DNA of 64,000 nt from Thermoanaerobaculia bacterium (GCA_038229875.1 JBBROA010000001.1:65955-129954); one strand, 5' to 3'; positions 27,416 to 37,567 are shown, counted from the stretch's first letter. A program made the numbers and translations. The notes: generated by a model not told the origin, from the letters alone.

Positions 27416-28407
27416 CCGGCTTCGCCCTCGCCGGCCGGACGGGTGCGCCACCGGTTGTGGATCCACAGCCATGCCTCGGGCGCGCGGCGGACGGCGGCCT
27501 CGGTGATGGCCATGTAACGGGCCGTGGCGAGGCGGACGCGCTCCTCCCGCGTCGGCGCTGTTTCGAACTCGGACGCGAGGACGGGGGCCTGAAACTCGAG
27601 ACGGTAACGTCCCGACCCGAGCGGCCATGCAAAGGCCGGCACGATCGCGGCGTCGGTCTTCATCTGGAGGAGAGCGAGGGAAGGAGACGTCGCGGCGAGC
27701 CTCCCGAAAAACGGGACGAAGACTCCCTCGCCGGGAAGGACGTTCTGGTCGATCAGGATGGCGACCGTGCGTCTTTCGCGCAGCGCCCGCAGGATTTCGC
27801 GCGCCGCCTCCTTCTTCCGGATGATCCGGTTTCCGAACCGGGTGCGTCGGCTCGCGAGCTCCCCTTCGAGCAGAGCGTTGTCGAGCGGGCGCGCGATAGA
27901 GGAAATCGGCTCGCCGAGCATCCCGGCACGCAGAGCGCCGAGCTCCCAGCTTCCGAAGTGCGCCGACAGGAGGAAGACGCCCTTGCCGCGCGCCCGCGCG
28001 GCTTCGAGGTGCTCGCGACCGTCAACGGCGATGCGCTCCTCGATCTCTTCCCGGGAAAACCTCAGCGAGTCGAGGAACTCGAGGAACACCGTCCCGAAGT
28101 TCTCGACACTCCGCCTTGCGAGAGAAGCGATCTCTCCGGCGGGCAGATCCGGGAACGCGAACGACAGGTTCGCCTCGAGAATCCGCCGGCGGGACGGCGC
28201 GAGAGAGACGTAGAGGCGAGCGAGGCGGGCGCCGGCGCGCGAAGCGGTCTCGGGCCCGCGGCGGGAGAGCCACCGCGCCGCTGCCGCGAACACCGTGTGC
28301 TCGAGGCGGTCGCGCGCGGCCGACCGGCCGCGGCGTCGCGTCGCGACCGGCGGCGGACTTTCGGAGGTCCCCCCGGGTGGAGGGGCGTCGCGCGGCGTCG
28401 AGCTCAC
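27412..28407 (-). CDS. Lipid A biosynthesis (Kdo-dependent) acyltransferase, LpxL/HtrB family
   Basis: ..VFLLSAHFGSWELG.. (HX4D/E box), ..TVAILIDQN.., ..FFGRLAATSPSLALL.. Start GTG 28407 overlaps the lpxK TGA. Confidence 0.8.
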   Translation of the reverse strand: MSSTPRDAPPPGGTSESPPPVATRRRGRSAARDRLEHTVFAAAARWLSRRGPETASRAGARLARLYVSLAPSRRRILEANLSFAFPDLPAGEIASLARRSVENFGTVFLEFLDSLRFSREEIEERIAVDGREHLEAARARGKGVFLLSAHFGSWELGALRAGMLGEPISSIARPLDNALLEGELASRRTRFGNRIIRKKEAAREILRALRERRTVAILIDQNVLPGEGVFVPFFGRLAATSPSLALLQMKTDAAIVPAFAWPLGSGRYRLEFQAPVLASEFETAPTREERVRLATARYMAITEAAVRRAPEAWLWIHNRWRTRPAGEGEAG

Positions 28408-29429
28408 GGTTGGATCCCGCTCCGGGCGGTCTCTGACCTGCCGCCAAAGAGCCGCGTCTCCACCCACGAATCGAAGGCGGGCTCATTCACGTGGACCTCG
28501 AGCCGCACCCTCAGAATCGGGAGAGAAAGCCTCCCCGCAAGCTTCACCGCGTCCTTCTCGGTCGTGACGACCGCGGCGCTTCCCGTCCGGAGCGCGGCGG
28601 ACTCGATGCGCCGGACGTCCGCGTCCGTGTAGTGGTGGTGGTCGGAGAACACGAGCCAGTCCGACGGCTCGATCCCGATCGCCGCCAGGCTTTCGAGAAA
28701 CGAAGCGGGCCGTGCGATGCCGCAGACGGCGAGGCAGCGCCCCGGATTTGCGGCCGGCTCTCCGGAATCTCCGGTCAGACCGTCGGGGAGAATCCCCGCG
28801 GTGAACACGGGCGCGTCCGGGTTCGCGCGCGCGACGAGGGAGAGAACGTCGGAAGTGGGTCGGCCGGCCGAGTCCCTCGTGAACACGATGGCGTCGGCGC
28901 GTCCGAGCGCCGACAGCGGCTCCCGGAGCCGGCCGAGAGGCGGGTATTTGCCGCCGCCGAACGGATCGGCGGCGTCGAGCAGCAGAAGGTCGAGGTCCCG
29001 CCGTACGGAGAGGTGCTGGAACCCGTCGTCCAGGATGAACACGTCCGGCGCGAACTCTTCCGCGGCGCGGGCGGCGTCCGCCCGGCGCGGCGCCACGACG
29101 ACGATCGCGCCCGGGAGCCGCCGAGCGAGCAGGACCGGCTCGTCGCCTCCCTCGTCGGGCGCGACGAGGGGGCCCGCGCCTGATGACACGACGACGACCT
29201 CGCGCGAGCGCCTGCCGTATCCCCTCGAGAGAATCGCGGGGCGCCGCCCCTCGGAAAGAAATCGCGCGGCCAGGTGCAGCACGAATGGGGTCTTCCCGGT
29301 ACCGCCGACCGTCAGGTTGCCCACCGAGACGACCGGCCTCGAGAGCCGGACCGAGGACGAGCGGCCCGACGCGTAGCGCCGCGCTCGCGCTTCGAGGATC
29401 CCGTCGTAGAGCGCGGACAGCGGCCTCAT
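28404..29429 (-). CDS. lpxK: Tetraacyldisaccharide 4'-kinase
   Basis: P-loop VSVGNLTVGGTGKTP and ..ILSRGYGR.., ..ILDDGFQH.. Confidence 0.9.
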   Translation of the reverse strand: MRPLSALYDGILEARARRYASGRSSSVRLSRPVVSVGNLTVGGTGKTPFVLHLAARFLSEGRRPAILSRGYGRRSREVVVVSSGAGPLVAPDEGGDEPVLLARRLPGAIVVVAPRRADAARAAEEFAPDVFILDDGFQHLSVRRDLDLLLLDAADPFGGGKYPPLGRLREPLSALGRADAIVFTRDSAGRPTSDVLSLVARANPDAPVFTAGILPDGLTGDSGEPAANPGRCLAVCGIARPASFLESLAAIGIEPSDWLVFSDHHHYTDADVRRIESAALRTGSAAVVTTEKDAVKLAGRLSLPILRVRLEVHVNEPAFDSWVETRLFGGRSETARSGIQP

Positions 29430-30715
29430 GGCGAAATCGCCTGCCGCGCGGCCGGTCCGAGGAGCGGGAGGACGAGGTCCGCCGTCCGGGCGACCGCCCC
29501 GCGGCTGGCGACCACGGCCCGGCTGGCCGCTTCGCCCCGGCGGGCGAGCCCGTCCGGGTCCGAGAGCGCCGCCGTGATCACCTGCGACAGCCCCGCGGCG
29601 TCGGGAACAACCTCTAGGATCCCGAGCGCGATTCCGTCACGGACGACATCTGCGAAGTTGCCCGTGTGCGGGCCGACGATCACGGGGACTCCTGCGGCCC
29701 ACGCTTCGATCGGATTGTGTCCGCCGGTGGCAACGAGGCTCCCGCCGATGAACGCGAGACGGGCTTCGCGGTAGAGCGAGGAGAGCTCGCCGATCGAATC
29801 CAGCAGATAGACGGCGCCCGCGCCATCGGGAGCGGAGGCCGGGCCGGCTGGAACGGAGCGGCGGAGCAACGTGTGACCGGAGGTGGACACGAGCGCCGCG
29901 ACGGCCTCGAACCGCTCCGGCCGGCGGGGCGCGAGGACTAAGAGCGGGCGGCGCTCGGGGGCGATGCTCCGCCACGCGGCGAGAACGATTTCCTCCTCGC
30001 CCGGGCCGGTCGACGCGGCGACGAACACGGGCCGTCCGCCTGCGGCGGAAGAGAGCCGGAGGGCGTCGGCAAACGGAGGCGCGGCAGGGAGGTCGTATTT
30101 GACGTTGCCCGTCACGAACACCCGGTCCGCGCGCGCGCCGAGCCGTTCGACTCGCGCGGCGTCTTCGCGGGTCTGCATCGCGAAGAGCGCCACCCGGGAG
30201 AGCACGCGTGAGAAGGCGCGGCCGGCCAGTCGGTAACGGGAAAAGGAGCGCTCCGAGAGGCGGCCGTTGACGAGCGCCACCGGGATGTTGCGGCGCGCCG
30301 CGCGATCCAGAAACAGGGGCCAGATCTCCGTCTCGGTCAGCAGGATGAGCCCGGGCCGAACGGCCGCGAGTGCCCGCTCGACCGGACCGGCGAGGTCCAG
30401 CGGAAAGGCGAAGGAGGCCACGTCGGCCGGAAGCGACCTCCGGGCCATTTCCGCGCCCGCGGCGGTCGTTACGGATAGCCCGAGACGCCGGCCGGGCGTC
30501 TTTCTGGCGAGCTCCGCCAGCAGGTTGCGGGCGACCCCGACCTCGCCGACGGAAACCGCGTGGACCCAGATGCCCCCATCGAGATCCGGCGGGGTTCCGA
30601 ACCCGAGACGCCCCGGCAGGTCTCCCATTTTCCGGATCCCCAGGGCGGAGCGCAGGAGGGCCCAGGGAGCGTAAACGACGAGGGCGAGGACAGACAGCGC
30701 GCGGTAGAGGAGCAA
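29426..30715 (-). CDS. waaA: 3-deoxy-D-manno-octulosonic acid (Kdo) transferase
   Basis: ..IWVHAVSVGEV.., ..LLTETEIWP.., ..VTGNVKYD.. TTG start. Confidence 0.88.
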   Translation of the reverse strand: MLLYRALSVLALVVYAPWALLRSALGIRKMGDLPGRLGFGTPPDLDGGIWVHAVSVGEVGVARNLLAELARKTPGRRLGLSVTTAAGAEMARRSLPADVASFAFPLDLAGPVERALAAVRPGLILLTETEIWPLFLDRAARRNIPVALVNGRLSERSFSRYRLAGRAFSRVLSRVALFAMQTREDAARVERLGARADRVFVTGNVKYDLPAAPPFADALRLSSAAGGRPVFVAASTGPGEEEIVLAAWRSIAPERRPLLVLAPRRPERFEAVAALVSTSGHTLLRRSVPAGPASAPDGAGAVYLLDSIGELSSLYREARLAFIGGSLVATGGHNPIEAWAAGVPVIVGPHTGNFADVVRDGIALGILEVVPDAAGLSQVITAALSDPDGLARRGEAASRAVVASRGAVARTADLVLPLLGPAARQAISP

Positions 30716-31038
30716 GGGCTAGGAGATTAGCGCAGCCACCGCGTGGCGGAGGCGCAGCTCTGCTCCCTCGCCCCGGGCGCGGGGAGTGTAGGGACAGGGA
30801 GAGGTTCGAGTCAGGGTCGCAGGTGGAACAAGCCGTCAAGCCGTGCCCGTCGAAGTTCGAGAGAAAGACGGCCCCGAGACCCGATCCTCCGGCTCGTGAT
30901 GGAAGCCCCGCGGCAGCCGGGGGACCGTCGATATGCGTTCCCGGCTATCGCGCGGTCATGATTTCCCTTACACTCCAACGAGTTATGTCCTGGAGAAAAC
31001 TCCCAACGGGCGGCGGCGGCGATCCGTATAAACCGCCG

Positions 31039-31689
31039 ATGGAGCTCGTCTACAGCGAAGTGCGCCTCCGGCAGGAATCGGCGGAGCTGTCCGACCGCGA
31101 TCTGGCGCTGGCCGCCCGGTCGGGCGACATGGTGTCTTTCGAGGCGCTCGTCACCCGGAAGACCCCGGCCGTGGTCTCCGTCGCGCGGAGGATCGTCTCC
31201 GACCCCGAGGACGCCCGCGACGTCGCCCAGATGGTCTTTCTCCGCGTCTGGGAGCAGCTCGAGCGCTATGACGCGACTTACTCCTTCAACACCTGGATCT
31301 ACCGCATCACCACGAACCTCTCGATCGACTTTCTGCGCAGCTCCCGCAGCCGCGAGAAGGCGCACGGGGCGACCCTCCACCTGGTCCGCCAGCGGGAAGA
31401 GGCCACGGGTACAGAAACGTCCCGCGCGGCCGAACACGACGAGATGGCGCGGCTCTTCCGGGAGGCGAGCGAGCGGCTGACCGGCAAGCAGAAGGCCGCG
31501 TTCGTGCTCCGGGAAATGGAAGACAAGGACACCGACGAAATTGCCCGCATCCTCGGGTGCGGCGAATCCACCGTCCGCAATCACCTCTTCAACGCGCGCC
31601 GCATCCTCCGCAAGGAGATCGAGAAGATCTGCCCCGGGTTTCTTCGCGCCCGCCGCGGGACAGGCCCGAAGAAAAAGGGAAAGCCATGA
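31039..31689 (+). CDS. ECF (sigma-70 group 4) sigma factor
   Basis: Region 2 ..ARDVAQMVFLRVWEQLERYDATYSFNTWIYRITTNLSIDFLR.., region 4 ..EIARILGCGESTVRNHLFNARRILR.. Start is uncertain, with in-frame ATGs at 30958, 30985 and 31039. Confidence 0.85.
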   Translation: MELVYSEVRLRQESAELSDRDLALAARSGDMVSFEALVTRKTPAVVSVARRIVSDPEDARDVAQMVFLRVWEQLERYDATYSFNTWIYRITTNLSIDFLRSSRSREKAHGATLHLVRQREEATGTETSRAAEHDEMARLFREASERLTGKQKAAFVLREMEDKDTDEIARILGCGESTVRNHLFNARRILRKEIEKICPGFLRARRGTGPKKKGKP

Positions 31690-32360
31690 CCGCGGTCTGC
31701 GAGCGGACCCGCACCGGGTTCGACGGGTATCTCGACGAATCGCTCTCGCGCGAGGAGCGGTCCGCCGTCCGCGAGCACCTCGCCGGATGCGCAGCCTGCC
31801 GGCGGGAAGCGTCGGAGCTCGATCCGGCGCTCCTCTTCGCGACTCTCCCGGCCGAGCGCGTCTCGGACGCCGACGCCGCGCGGATCTTAGACGGCGTTCG
31901 CGCCGGGATCGCGCTGAAAACGGCGGAGCGCCGCGTCCGGCCCGCGCCACGGCACGGAAAGCGGATTGGGGCGACGGCGGCCGCGGTCGCGGCGGCCGTG
32001 TTGATTGCGTTGACGCTTTCGAGCCCCTCTCCGCGGCGCCTCGAGCTCGCGCGCGGAGCGGCCTTCCCAGCGCCGGCGCCGGCGCCGTCGCGCGCGGCCG
32101 GCCCGCAGGGAAGGTCGCTCCCGACAAACGCAAGCGCAAGCGCAAGCGCAAGCGCGGCGAACGCCGGGGCGGGCGGTGCAGAAGATTCAGCCGCCGCAAT
32201 TGGGGGTCCGGCGGCAACCGCGCGTCCTTTCTCTCCGTTCGCGGAGGCCAGCGCGCCCGGTCGACAGAAGGTTCCTGCCGACGCGACCATCTATGACTGG
32301 AACCCGGGCGGCGGACAGCCGCGCGTGGTCTGGATCGTGGACCGGTCGCTCGACATTTGA
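31686..32360 (+). CDS. Anti-sigma factor (zf-HC2), single-pass
   Basis: ATGA overlap with the sigma gene. HLAGCAACRRE zinc motif, one TM helix (AAAVAAAVLIALTL), and an Ala/Pro/Ser-rich periplasmic part. Confidence 0.8.
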   Translation: MTAVCERTRTGFDGYLDESLSREERSAVREHLAGCAACRREASELDPALLFATLPAERVSDADAARILDGVRAGIALKTAERRVRPAPRHGKRIGATAAAVAAAVLIALTLSSPSPRRLELARGAAFPAPAPAPSRAAGPQGRSLPTNASASASASAANAGAGGAEDSAAAIGGPAATARPFSPFAEASAPGRQKVPADATIYDWNPGGGQPRVVWIVDRSLDI

Positions 32361-32481
32361 TTTGACGGAAACGGGACGGCGGGCGGCGAGGTCTCCCCGG
32401 GGAATGTACCGGAAGCCATAAAGCCTCCCGACCTTTGCGGCCCCGTCGTTCCGCCACCGGGCGGAAGCCGGGTTTTCTTGC

Positions 32482-33207
32482 GTGAGAAAAAAGACTGCCT
32501 CCTTCGCGGCCCTCGTGGCCTTCGCGCTCGTCGCGTTTCCGCTCCTCGCGGCGGAAGAAGCCTCTGTCCGCGTGTTCGTCCTGAAGTACAAGCGCGTCGA
32601 GGAAGCCGCGCTCCTGATCCGTCCGCATCTCTCCGAAGCGGCGTCGATCACTCTGACGTCCCGTTTGAACGCAATGACGATTACGGATCGCGAGTCGAAC
32701 CTCAAGACCGTCGGGAAAGTCCTGGCGGAATTCGACTCGCCTCCGCGCGGCTTCAACTTCGCGGTGAAGCTCGTACGGGCCCGCGCCGACGTTCCCGCGG
32801 GGTCGATGGCGGCGGAGATCGGCGGCCTCGGCGCGAAATTGAAGTCGATGTTCCAGTTCAACGACTACACCCTGATCGACTCCGCGCTCATCCGCGGCAC
32901 CGAAGGACGGCCCGTGTCCTACCGGCTCGGAGAGGAATACGTGTTGACCTTCTCGATCGGACCCGTCGGCACCGGTGACGAGCTCCTGCTGTCGCCGATC
33001 TCTCTTTCGCGCCTGAAGAAGAACGAGCAGGGGCGCACGGTGCCCGTGCCGCTGTACCGCGCCTCGGTGCCCGTCTCGCTCAACCAGACCCTCGTGCTCG
33101 GCGCCTCGAGAGACGAAGCGTCGAAGAACGCCCTGATCCTGATCCTGCTCGTCCAGGAGGCCGCCCACCCGGGCTCGACCGGCGGCAAGACCGTCGAGAA
33201 GCGGTGA
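32482..33207 (+). CDS. Periplasmic protein with a single secretin-N (NolW-like) domain
   Basis: Signal peptide MRKKTASFAALVAFALVAFPLLA, then VRVFVLKYKRVEEAALLIRPHLSE..ITLTSRLNAMTITDRESNLKTVGKVLAEFD, which is the classic secretin N-domain pattern. No secretin pore domain is present. Confidence 0.55.
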   Translation: MRKKTASFAALVAFALVAFPLLAAEEASVRVFVLKYKRVEEAALLIRPHLSEAASITLTSRLNAMTITDRESNLKTVGKVLAEFDSPPRGFNFAVKLVRARADVPAGSMAAEIGGLGAKLKSMFQFNDYTLIDSALIRGTEGRPVSYRLGEEYVLTFSIGPVGTGDELLLSPISLSRLKKNEQGRTVPVPLYRASVPVSLNQTLVLGASRDEASKNALILILLVQEAAHPGSTGGKTVEKR

Positions 33208-33241
33208 AGAGGTAAAGGGGTGAAGAGGTGAGCAGGTAATG
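33203..33241 (+). repeat. Period-8 tract GGTGAAGA GGTAAAGG GGTGAAGA GGTGAGCA GGTAATG spanning the secretin-N stop to the gspF start
   Basis: GGTGAAGAGGT occurs twice, 16 nt apart. Coordinates are anchored on the TGA at 33205-07 and the ATG at 33239. Confidence 0.6.
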
Positions 33242-34456
33242 CCGCAGTTTTCGATCAAGGCCGGGTGGCCGGACGGGAGCGTCGGAGACGAGGCGGTCCT
33301 CGCGGCGGACGCGGGGGCGGCGCGATCTGAGATCGAACGCCGCGGCGGCCACGTGTTCGAAGTCACCCGACAGGGCGGCCTTTCGCTCGCGAGCCGCACC
33401 GCGCGCAAGTCCCGCGGCAGGGTCAAGATGCGCGACTTTCTCCTCTTCAACCAGGAAATGATCGCGCTCTTGAAAGCCGGACTTCCGGTCGTGCGCTCGT
33501 TCGAGGTCCTTTTAGAGCGCCAGGAAAGCCCGACGCTGCGCCGCGTCCTGACCGACGTGCGAGACCGCGTGAACTCCGGCGCCTCGCTCTCGGACGCCTT
33601 CGCCGCGCAGGGCGACACCTTTCCGAGGCTCTACTGGACGTCGCTGAAAGCGGGGGAGAAGAGCGGCGAGATCGAGACGGTCCTGCGCCGCTACCTCCAG
33701 TACCAGAAGACGGTGATGGGCCTCGCGCGGAAGGTGGTCTCGACCCTCGTCTATCCCGCGATCCTGATCGTCCTTTCGGTCGTGCTGATCGGGATCCTGA
33801 TGACGTTCGTGATCCCGCGGTTCTCGGAGTTCTTCGGCGACTTCGGGGCCGAGCTGCCCCTTTTGACCCAGGTCGTGATCGGGATCGCCACGTTCCTCCG
33901 GCGCAACGTCCTGTTCATCACCGGCGGGCTCGTCGTCGGCGGCTTCTTCGTCTTCCGCTGGTTGAAGTCCGCATCGGGGCGGGAGATCCGGGATGCGCTG
34001 TTTCTCCGGGTCCCGGTGGTCGGCGGAATTATGCGTCGCTTCGCGATCAGCCAGTTCACCCGCAGCCTCGCCACGCTGCTCGGAGGCGGGACGCCTCTCG
34101 TCCCCGCGCTCGAGAACTCCTCCGACGCGATCGGCAACCGATTCGTGTCGCGGCGAGTCCACGACGTCGTCGCGCGGGTCCGCGAGGGGGGCCAGCTCTG
34201 GCGCAGCCTCGAGCTGACCGGCATCTTCACCAACCTGACCCTGGAGATGATCAAGGTCGGCGAGGAATCGGGGGCGCTCGAGGAAATGTTGACGTCGGTT
34301 TCGGACTTCTACGACGAGGAGATCGACATGCTGCTCGCGAGGGTCGTTTCCTTCGTCGAGCCGGCGATCTTAGTCGGCATGGGGCTCGTCATCATGACGA
34401 TCCTCCTGTCGGTGTACCTGCCGATCTTCCGGATCATGTCGCAGATCAAGGGGTGA
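33239..34456 (+). CDS. gspF: T2SS/T4P platform protein (GspF family)
   Basis: 405 aa with duplicated T2SS_F domains (..FNQEMIALLKAGLPVVRSFEVL.., ..FTRSLATLLGGGTPLVPALE..). Confidence 0.88.
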   Translation: MPQFSIKAGWPDGSVGDEAVLAADAGAARSEIERRGGHVFEVTRQGGLSLASRTARKSRGRVKMRDFLLFNQEMIALLKAGLPVVRSFEVLLERQESPTLRRVLTDVRDRVNSGASLSDAFAAQGDTFPRLYWTSLKAGEKSGEIETVLRRYLQYQKTVMGLARKVVSTLVYPAILIVLSVVLIGILMTFVIPRFSEFFGDFGAELPLLTQVVIGIATFLRRNVLFITGGLVVGGFFVFRWLKSASGREIRDALFLRVPVVGGIMRRFAISQFTRSLATLLGGGTPLVPALENSSDAIGNRFVSRRVHDVVARVREGGQLWRSLELTGIFTNLTLEMIKVGEESGALEEMLTSVSDFYDEEIDMLLARVVSFVEPAILVGMGLVIMTILLSVYLPIFRIMSQIKG

Positions 34457-36069
34457 GCATGGCCAAGCAATACTCGAACGGGACGGTGGTCGCGGCGCCG
34501 GAGACCGATTCGGCGGCCCTCGCGGAGCGCCTCGGCCTGTCTTATGTGAACCTCGCCCTCTTCCGGGTGGACCCGGACCTCTTCCGGTCCATCCCGGTCG
34601 AGTGGATGCTCCGGTACGAGTTCGTCCCCGAGTCGCGCACGGAAAAGTCGATGACGATCATCTGCGCGGATCCGACCGACGTCGTGCGTCTGGACGAGCT
34701 CGAGCTCTTGATCGGCGTTCCGGTGCGTCTCAAGGTCGGGAGCCGGACCGCGATCCACGACATCCTCCAGAAGAGCGAGTCGTCGCAGCGGGTGCTCGAC
34801 GAGGCGACGGAAGACTTCCGGATGCAGCTCGTGTCCGAGGACGAGGACGGAGAAGAGACGCTCACGATCGACCGGATCACGCAGGACGCGTCTCCGATCA
34901 TCAAGCTCGTCGACTCGATCCTGTTCAACGCGATCCAGCGGCGCGCTTCGGACATTCACATCGAGACGCAGGAAAACGTGGTTCTGATCAAGTACCGCAT
35001 CGACGGCGTGCTGTACCAGGCGATGGACCCGATCGACAAGCGCCACCACGGCACGATCATTTCGCGCATCAAGGTCATGTCCGAGCTCGACATCGCGGAG
35101 AAGCGCATTCCGCAGGACGGCCGGTTCAAGCTGCGGGTTCGCGGTCGGACGATCGACTTCCGCGTCTCGATCATGCCGACGGTTCACGGCGAGGACGCCG
35201 TCATCCGGATCCTGGACAAGGAGTCGGCCAACGCCGAGTTCAAGAGCCTCAATCTCGAGGTCCTCGGGTTCGACGCGGAGACGAAGAAGAAACTTCGCAA
35301 ATTCATTCGCGAGCCTTACGGCATGGTGCTCGTCACGGGCCCGACGGGCTCGGGCAAGACGACGACCCTGTATGCCTGTCTCTCCGAGATCCAGACCGTC
35401 GAGGACAAGATCGTAACAATCGAGGACCCCGTCGAGTACCAGCTCCGCGGCATCACGCAGATCCCCGTCAACGAGAAGAAGGGGCTGACTTTCGCGCGCG
35501 GGCTGCGCTCGATCCTCCGCCACGACCCGGACAAGATCATGGTCGGGGAGATCCGCGACGAAGAGACGGCGCAGATTGCGGTGCAGTCCGCCCTGACGGG
35601 ACACCTGGTCTTCACGACGGTCCACGCGAACAACGTCGTGGACGTGCTCGGCCGTTTTCTCAACATGAAGGTCGACCTCTACAACTTCGTCTCGGCGCTG
35701 AACTGCATCCTGGCGCAGCGACTCGTCCGGAAGATCTGCGTCCACTGCCGCGAGGTCGCCACGATCACGGCGGACGACATCCGCGAGGCGGGGATCGATC
35801 CCGCTGTCGCGGCGGGGCACACGTTCTACCAGGGACGGGGATGTCTCGAGTGCGACGGCACCGGGTTCCACGGCCGCATGGCGATCGCAGAGCTCCTCGA
35901 CCTGTCGGACCGGATCCGCGGGCTGATCCTCGAGCGGCGGCCCGCGGCGGAGATCAAGAAGGCGGCGAAGGACGAAGGGATGGCGTTCTTGCGCGACGCC
36001 GCGCTCGCGAAGGTTCTCGAAGGCTGGACGACCTTGAAAGAGATCAACAAGGTCACGTTCGTCGACTGA
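34453..36069 (+). CDS. gspE: T2SS/T4P assembly ATPase (GspE family)
   Basis: GTGA overlap with gspF. Walker A VLVTGPTGSGKTTTL, ..HLVFTTVHANN.., tetracysteine CVHC..CLEC. Confidence 0.9.
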   Translation: MSMAKQYSNGTVVAAPETDSAALAERLGLSYVNLALFRVDPDLFRSIPVEWMLRYEFVPESRTEKSMTIICADPTDVVRLDELELLIGVPVRLKVGSRTAIHDILQKSESSQRVLDEATEDFRMQLVSEDEDGEETLTIDRITQDASPIIKLVDSILFNAIQRRASDIHIETQENVVLIKYRIDGVLYQAMDPIDKRHHGTIISRIKVMSELDIAEKRIPQDGRFKLRVRGRTIDFRVSIMPTVHGEDAVIRILDKESANAEFKSLNLEVLGFDAETKKKLRKFIREPYGMVLVTGPTGSGKTTTLYACLSEIQTVEDKIVTIEDPVEYQLRGITQIPVNEKKGLTFARGLRSILRHDPDKIMVGEIRDEETAQIAVQSALTGHLVFTTVHANNVVDVLGRFLNMKVDLYNFVSALNCILAQRLVRKICVHCREVATITADDIREAGIDPAVAAGHTFYQGRGCLECDGTGFHGRMAIAELLDLSDRIRGLILERRPAAEIKKAAKDEGMAFLRDAALAKVLEGWTTLKEINKVTFVD

Positions 36070-36983
36070 TGCGAATTCCGTTCGTCCGCCCCGTCGTGCC
36101 CCCGCACGTGTTCTGCCTGCTGGCGGACGGGGTCACCTATGCCAGCGTCCGCAGGGACCCTCCGCGCGGATTCGCGCAGTCGCGGCATTTCCCCTACCCT
36201 CCGAACACGCTCGGCGCGTCCGCGGCGGGCACGCCGCTCTTTTCACGGGAGGCGATCGCGCAGGCGGTCGACGCGGGCCGGCGGCTGTCGGACCGGCTGA
36301 CCCGCGCGTCGGTGCTCTTCCCGGATTCGTGGGCCCGCATGCTCGCGATCGAAGTGGAGTCCGTGCCGGAGTCGCCCGCCGCCGCGCGGGAGATGGTCCT
36401 GTGGAAGATCCGCAAGCTGCTCCCCGGCGTGACGACCGACCTCCACATCGTGTTCCGGGAGATGACGCCCGTCGGAACAGCGAGGCGCCTTCTCGTCGCG
36501 GCCGCGCCCGCCGAGACACTCCGTTCAATCGAGCAGGCGTTCGAGGCGGCGGGCGTGCGCGTCGGGGCGCTGGCCCCCGCCTCACTCGCGCTCTTCGAGG
36601 GCCTGTCGCCGTTTCTTTCCTCGCGCGCGGCGGGGGACTACGCGCTCCTGCACCGCACCGCGGACTCGTTCGTGTTCCTCGTAGCGAGCGACGGCGCGCC
36701 GATTTTCTTCCGTCAGCGGCCGGCCGACGAGGAAGACGGCGAGCACGAGCAGGAGGTGCGCCTCTCGCTCTCCTACTACGCCGAAAAGCTCAAGGGAAAG
36801 GGCCTGTCGGCAGTTTACGTCCACGACGCGCGGGGAGGAGAGCCCCTGAAAGCGGAGTCGCTGCCGGTTCCGGTGCAGTTCCTCCGCGGGCGCCTCCTCG
36901 GCGGCGACGCGACGTTCGACGAGCGGCTCGCCGCGCGTCCCGAGCTTCTCGCCGCCTTCGCGGCCGTATACGGGAGAAGCTGA
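36069..36983 (+). CDS. PilM/GspL-like cytoplasmic assembly protein
   Basis: In frame within track ORF 34602..36983. ATG 36069 shares 1 nt with the gspE stop. Actin-like layout (..LAIEVESVP..REMVLWKIRKLLP.., ..ALAPASLALFEG..). Assignment rests on position and weak pattern only. Confidence 0.55.
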   Translation: MRIPFVRPVVPPHVFCLLADGVTYASVRRDPPRGFAQSRHFPYPPNTLGASAAGTPLFSREAIAQAVDAGRRLSDRLTRASVLFPDSWARMLAIEVESVPESPAAAREMVLWKIRKLLPGVTTDLHIVFREMTPVGTARRLLVAAAPAETLRSIEQAFEAAGVRVGALAPASLALFEGLSPFLSSRAAGDYALLHRTADSFVFLVASDGAPIFFRQRPADEEDGEHEQEVRLSLSYYAEKLKGKGLSAVYVHDARGGEPLKAESLPVPVQFLRGRLLGGDATFDERLAARPELLAAFAAVYGRS

Positions 36984-37567
36984 TGCCCCGGCACCTCGAT
37001 TTCGCCCGCCGCCCGTTCCGCGACGAACGCCCGTTTCTCTTTGGCGCCGCGCTCGCCTTCGGACTCGCCGCCATCCTGCTCATCGCGAACGTCCGCCAGT
37101 ACGCGGAGTTCCACCGATCGAGCGAGGGGACCGCCCGGCAGATCCAGTCGCTGGAGGCACGCCGCGACCGGGCAGACCGCGACACCGCCGCTTCCCGCGC
37201 CGCGCTCAACAACTTCAAGGTCTCGAACCTGGCGCGCGAAAGCCGCGGGCTCCTGAAGCTCGTGTCGGAGCGGCGGTTCTCCTGGAGCGCTCTTCTCGCG
37301 CGCCTCGAGCGCGTGCTGCCCCCGGACGTGCGGCTGACGAGGCTCACTCCGAGGTTCTCTGAGACGGGCGAGACGACGCTCGACTGCTCGATGCTCGGCA
37401 AGAGCCCGGACGCTGTCGTCCGGACCCTGACCGCGCTCGCGCGGGATCCCGGCTTTGCCGCGGTCGAGCTGCGCAGCGAAGCCCCGCCGGGCAAGGACGC
37501 GGGCGCGCCGGAGGGTTACGGATTTCAGCTCTACCTGAAGTACGGCACCCCGGGAGAGGCGCCATGA
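36983..37567 (+). CDS. PilN-like bitopic assembly protein
   Basis: MPRHLDFARRPFRDERPF + TM (LFGAALAFGLAAILLIANV) + coiled coil + C-terminal ferredoxin-like part. Overlaps the upstream stop by 1 nt. Confidence 0.6.
   Translation: MPRHLDFARRPFRDERPFLFGAALAFGLAAILLIANVRQYAEFHRSSEGTARQIQSLEARRDRADRDTAASRAALNNFKVSNLARESRGLLKLVSERRFSWSALLARLERVLPPDVRLTRLTPRFSETGETTLDCSMLGKSPDAVVRTLTALARDPGFAAVELRSEAPPGKDAGAPEGYGFQLYLKYGTPGEAP

Noticed and set aside
30790-30830. GGTTCGAGTC resembles a tRNA T-arm/loop, in the waaA-sigma spacer.
   Set aside because: The flanking bases cannot form the 5-bp T-stem, and no acceptor or D-arm lies at the appropriate spacing. I found no tRNA or rRNA genes in the window.
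32130-32153. (GCAAGC)x4 hexanucleotide microsatellite.
   Set aside because: It is in frame within the anti-sigma factor's low-complexity periplasmic linker, where it encodes (Ala-Ser)4. This is a trivial coding repeat with a unit that is a multiple of 3.
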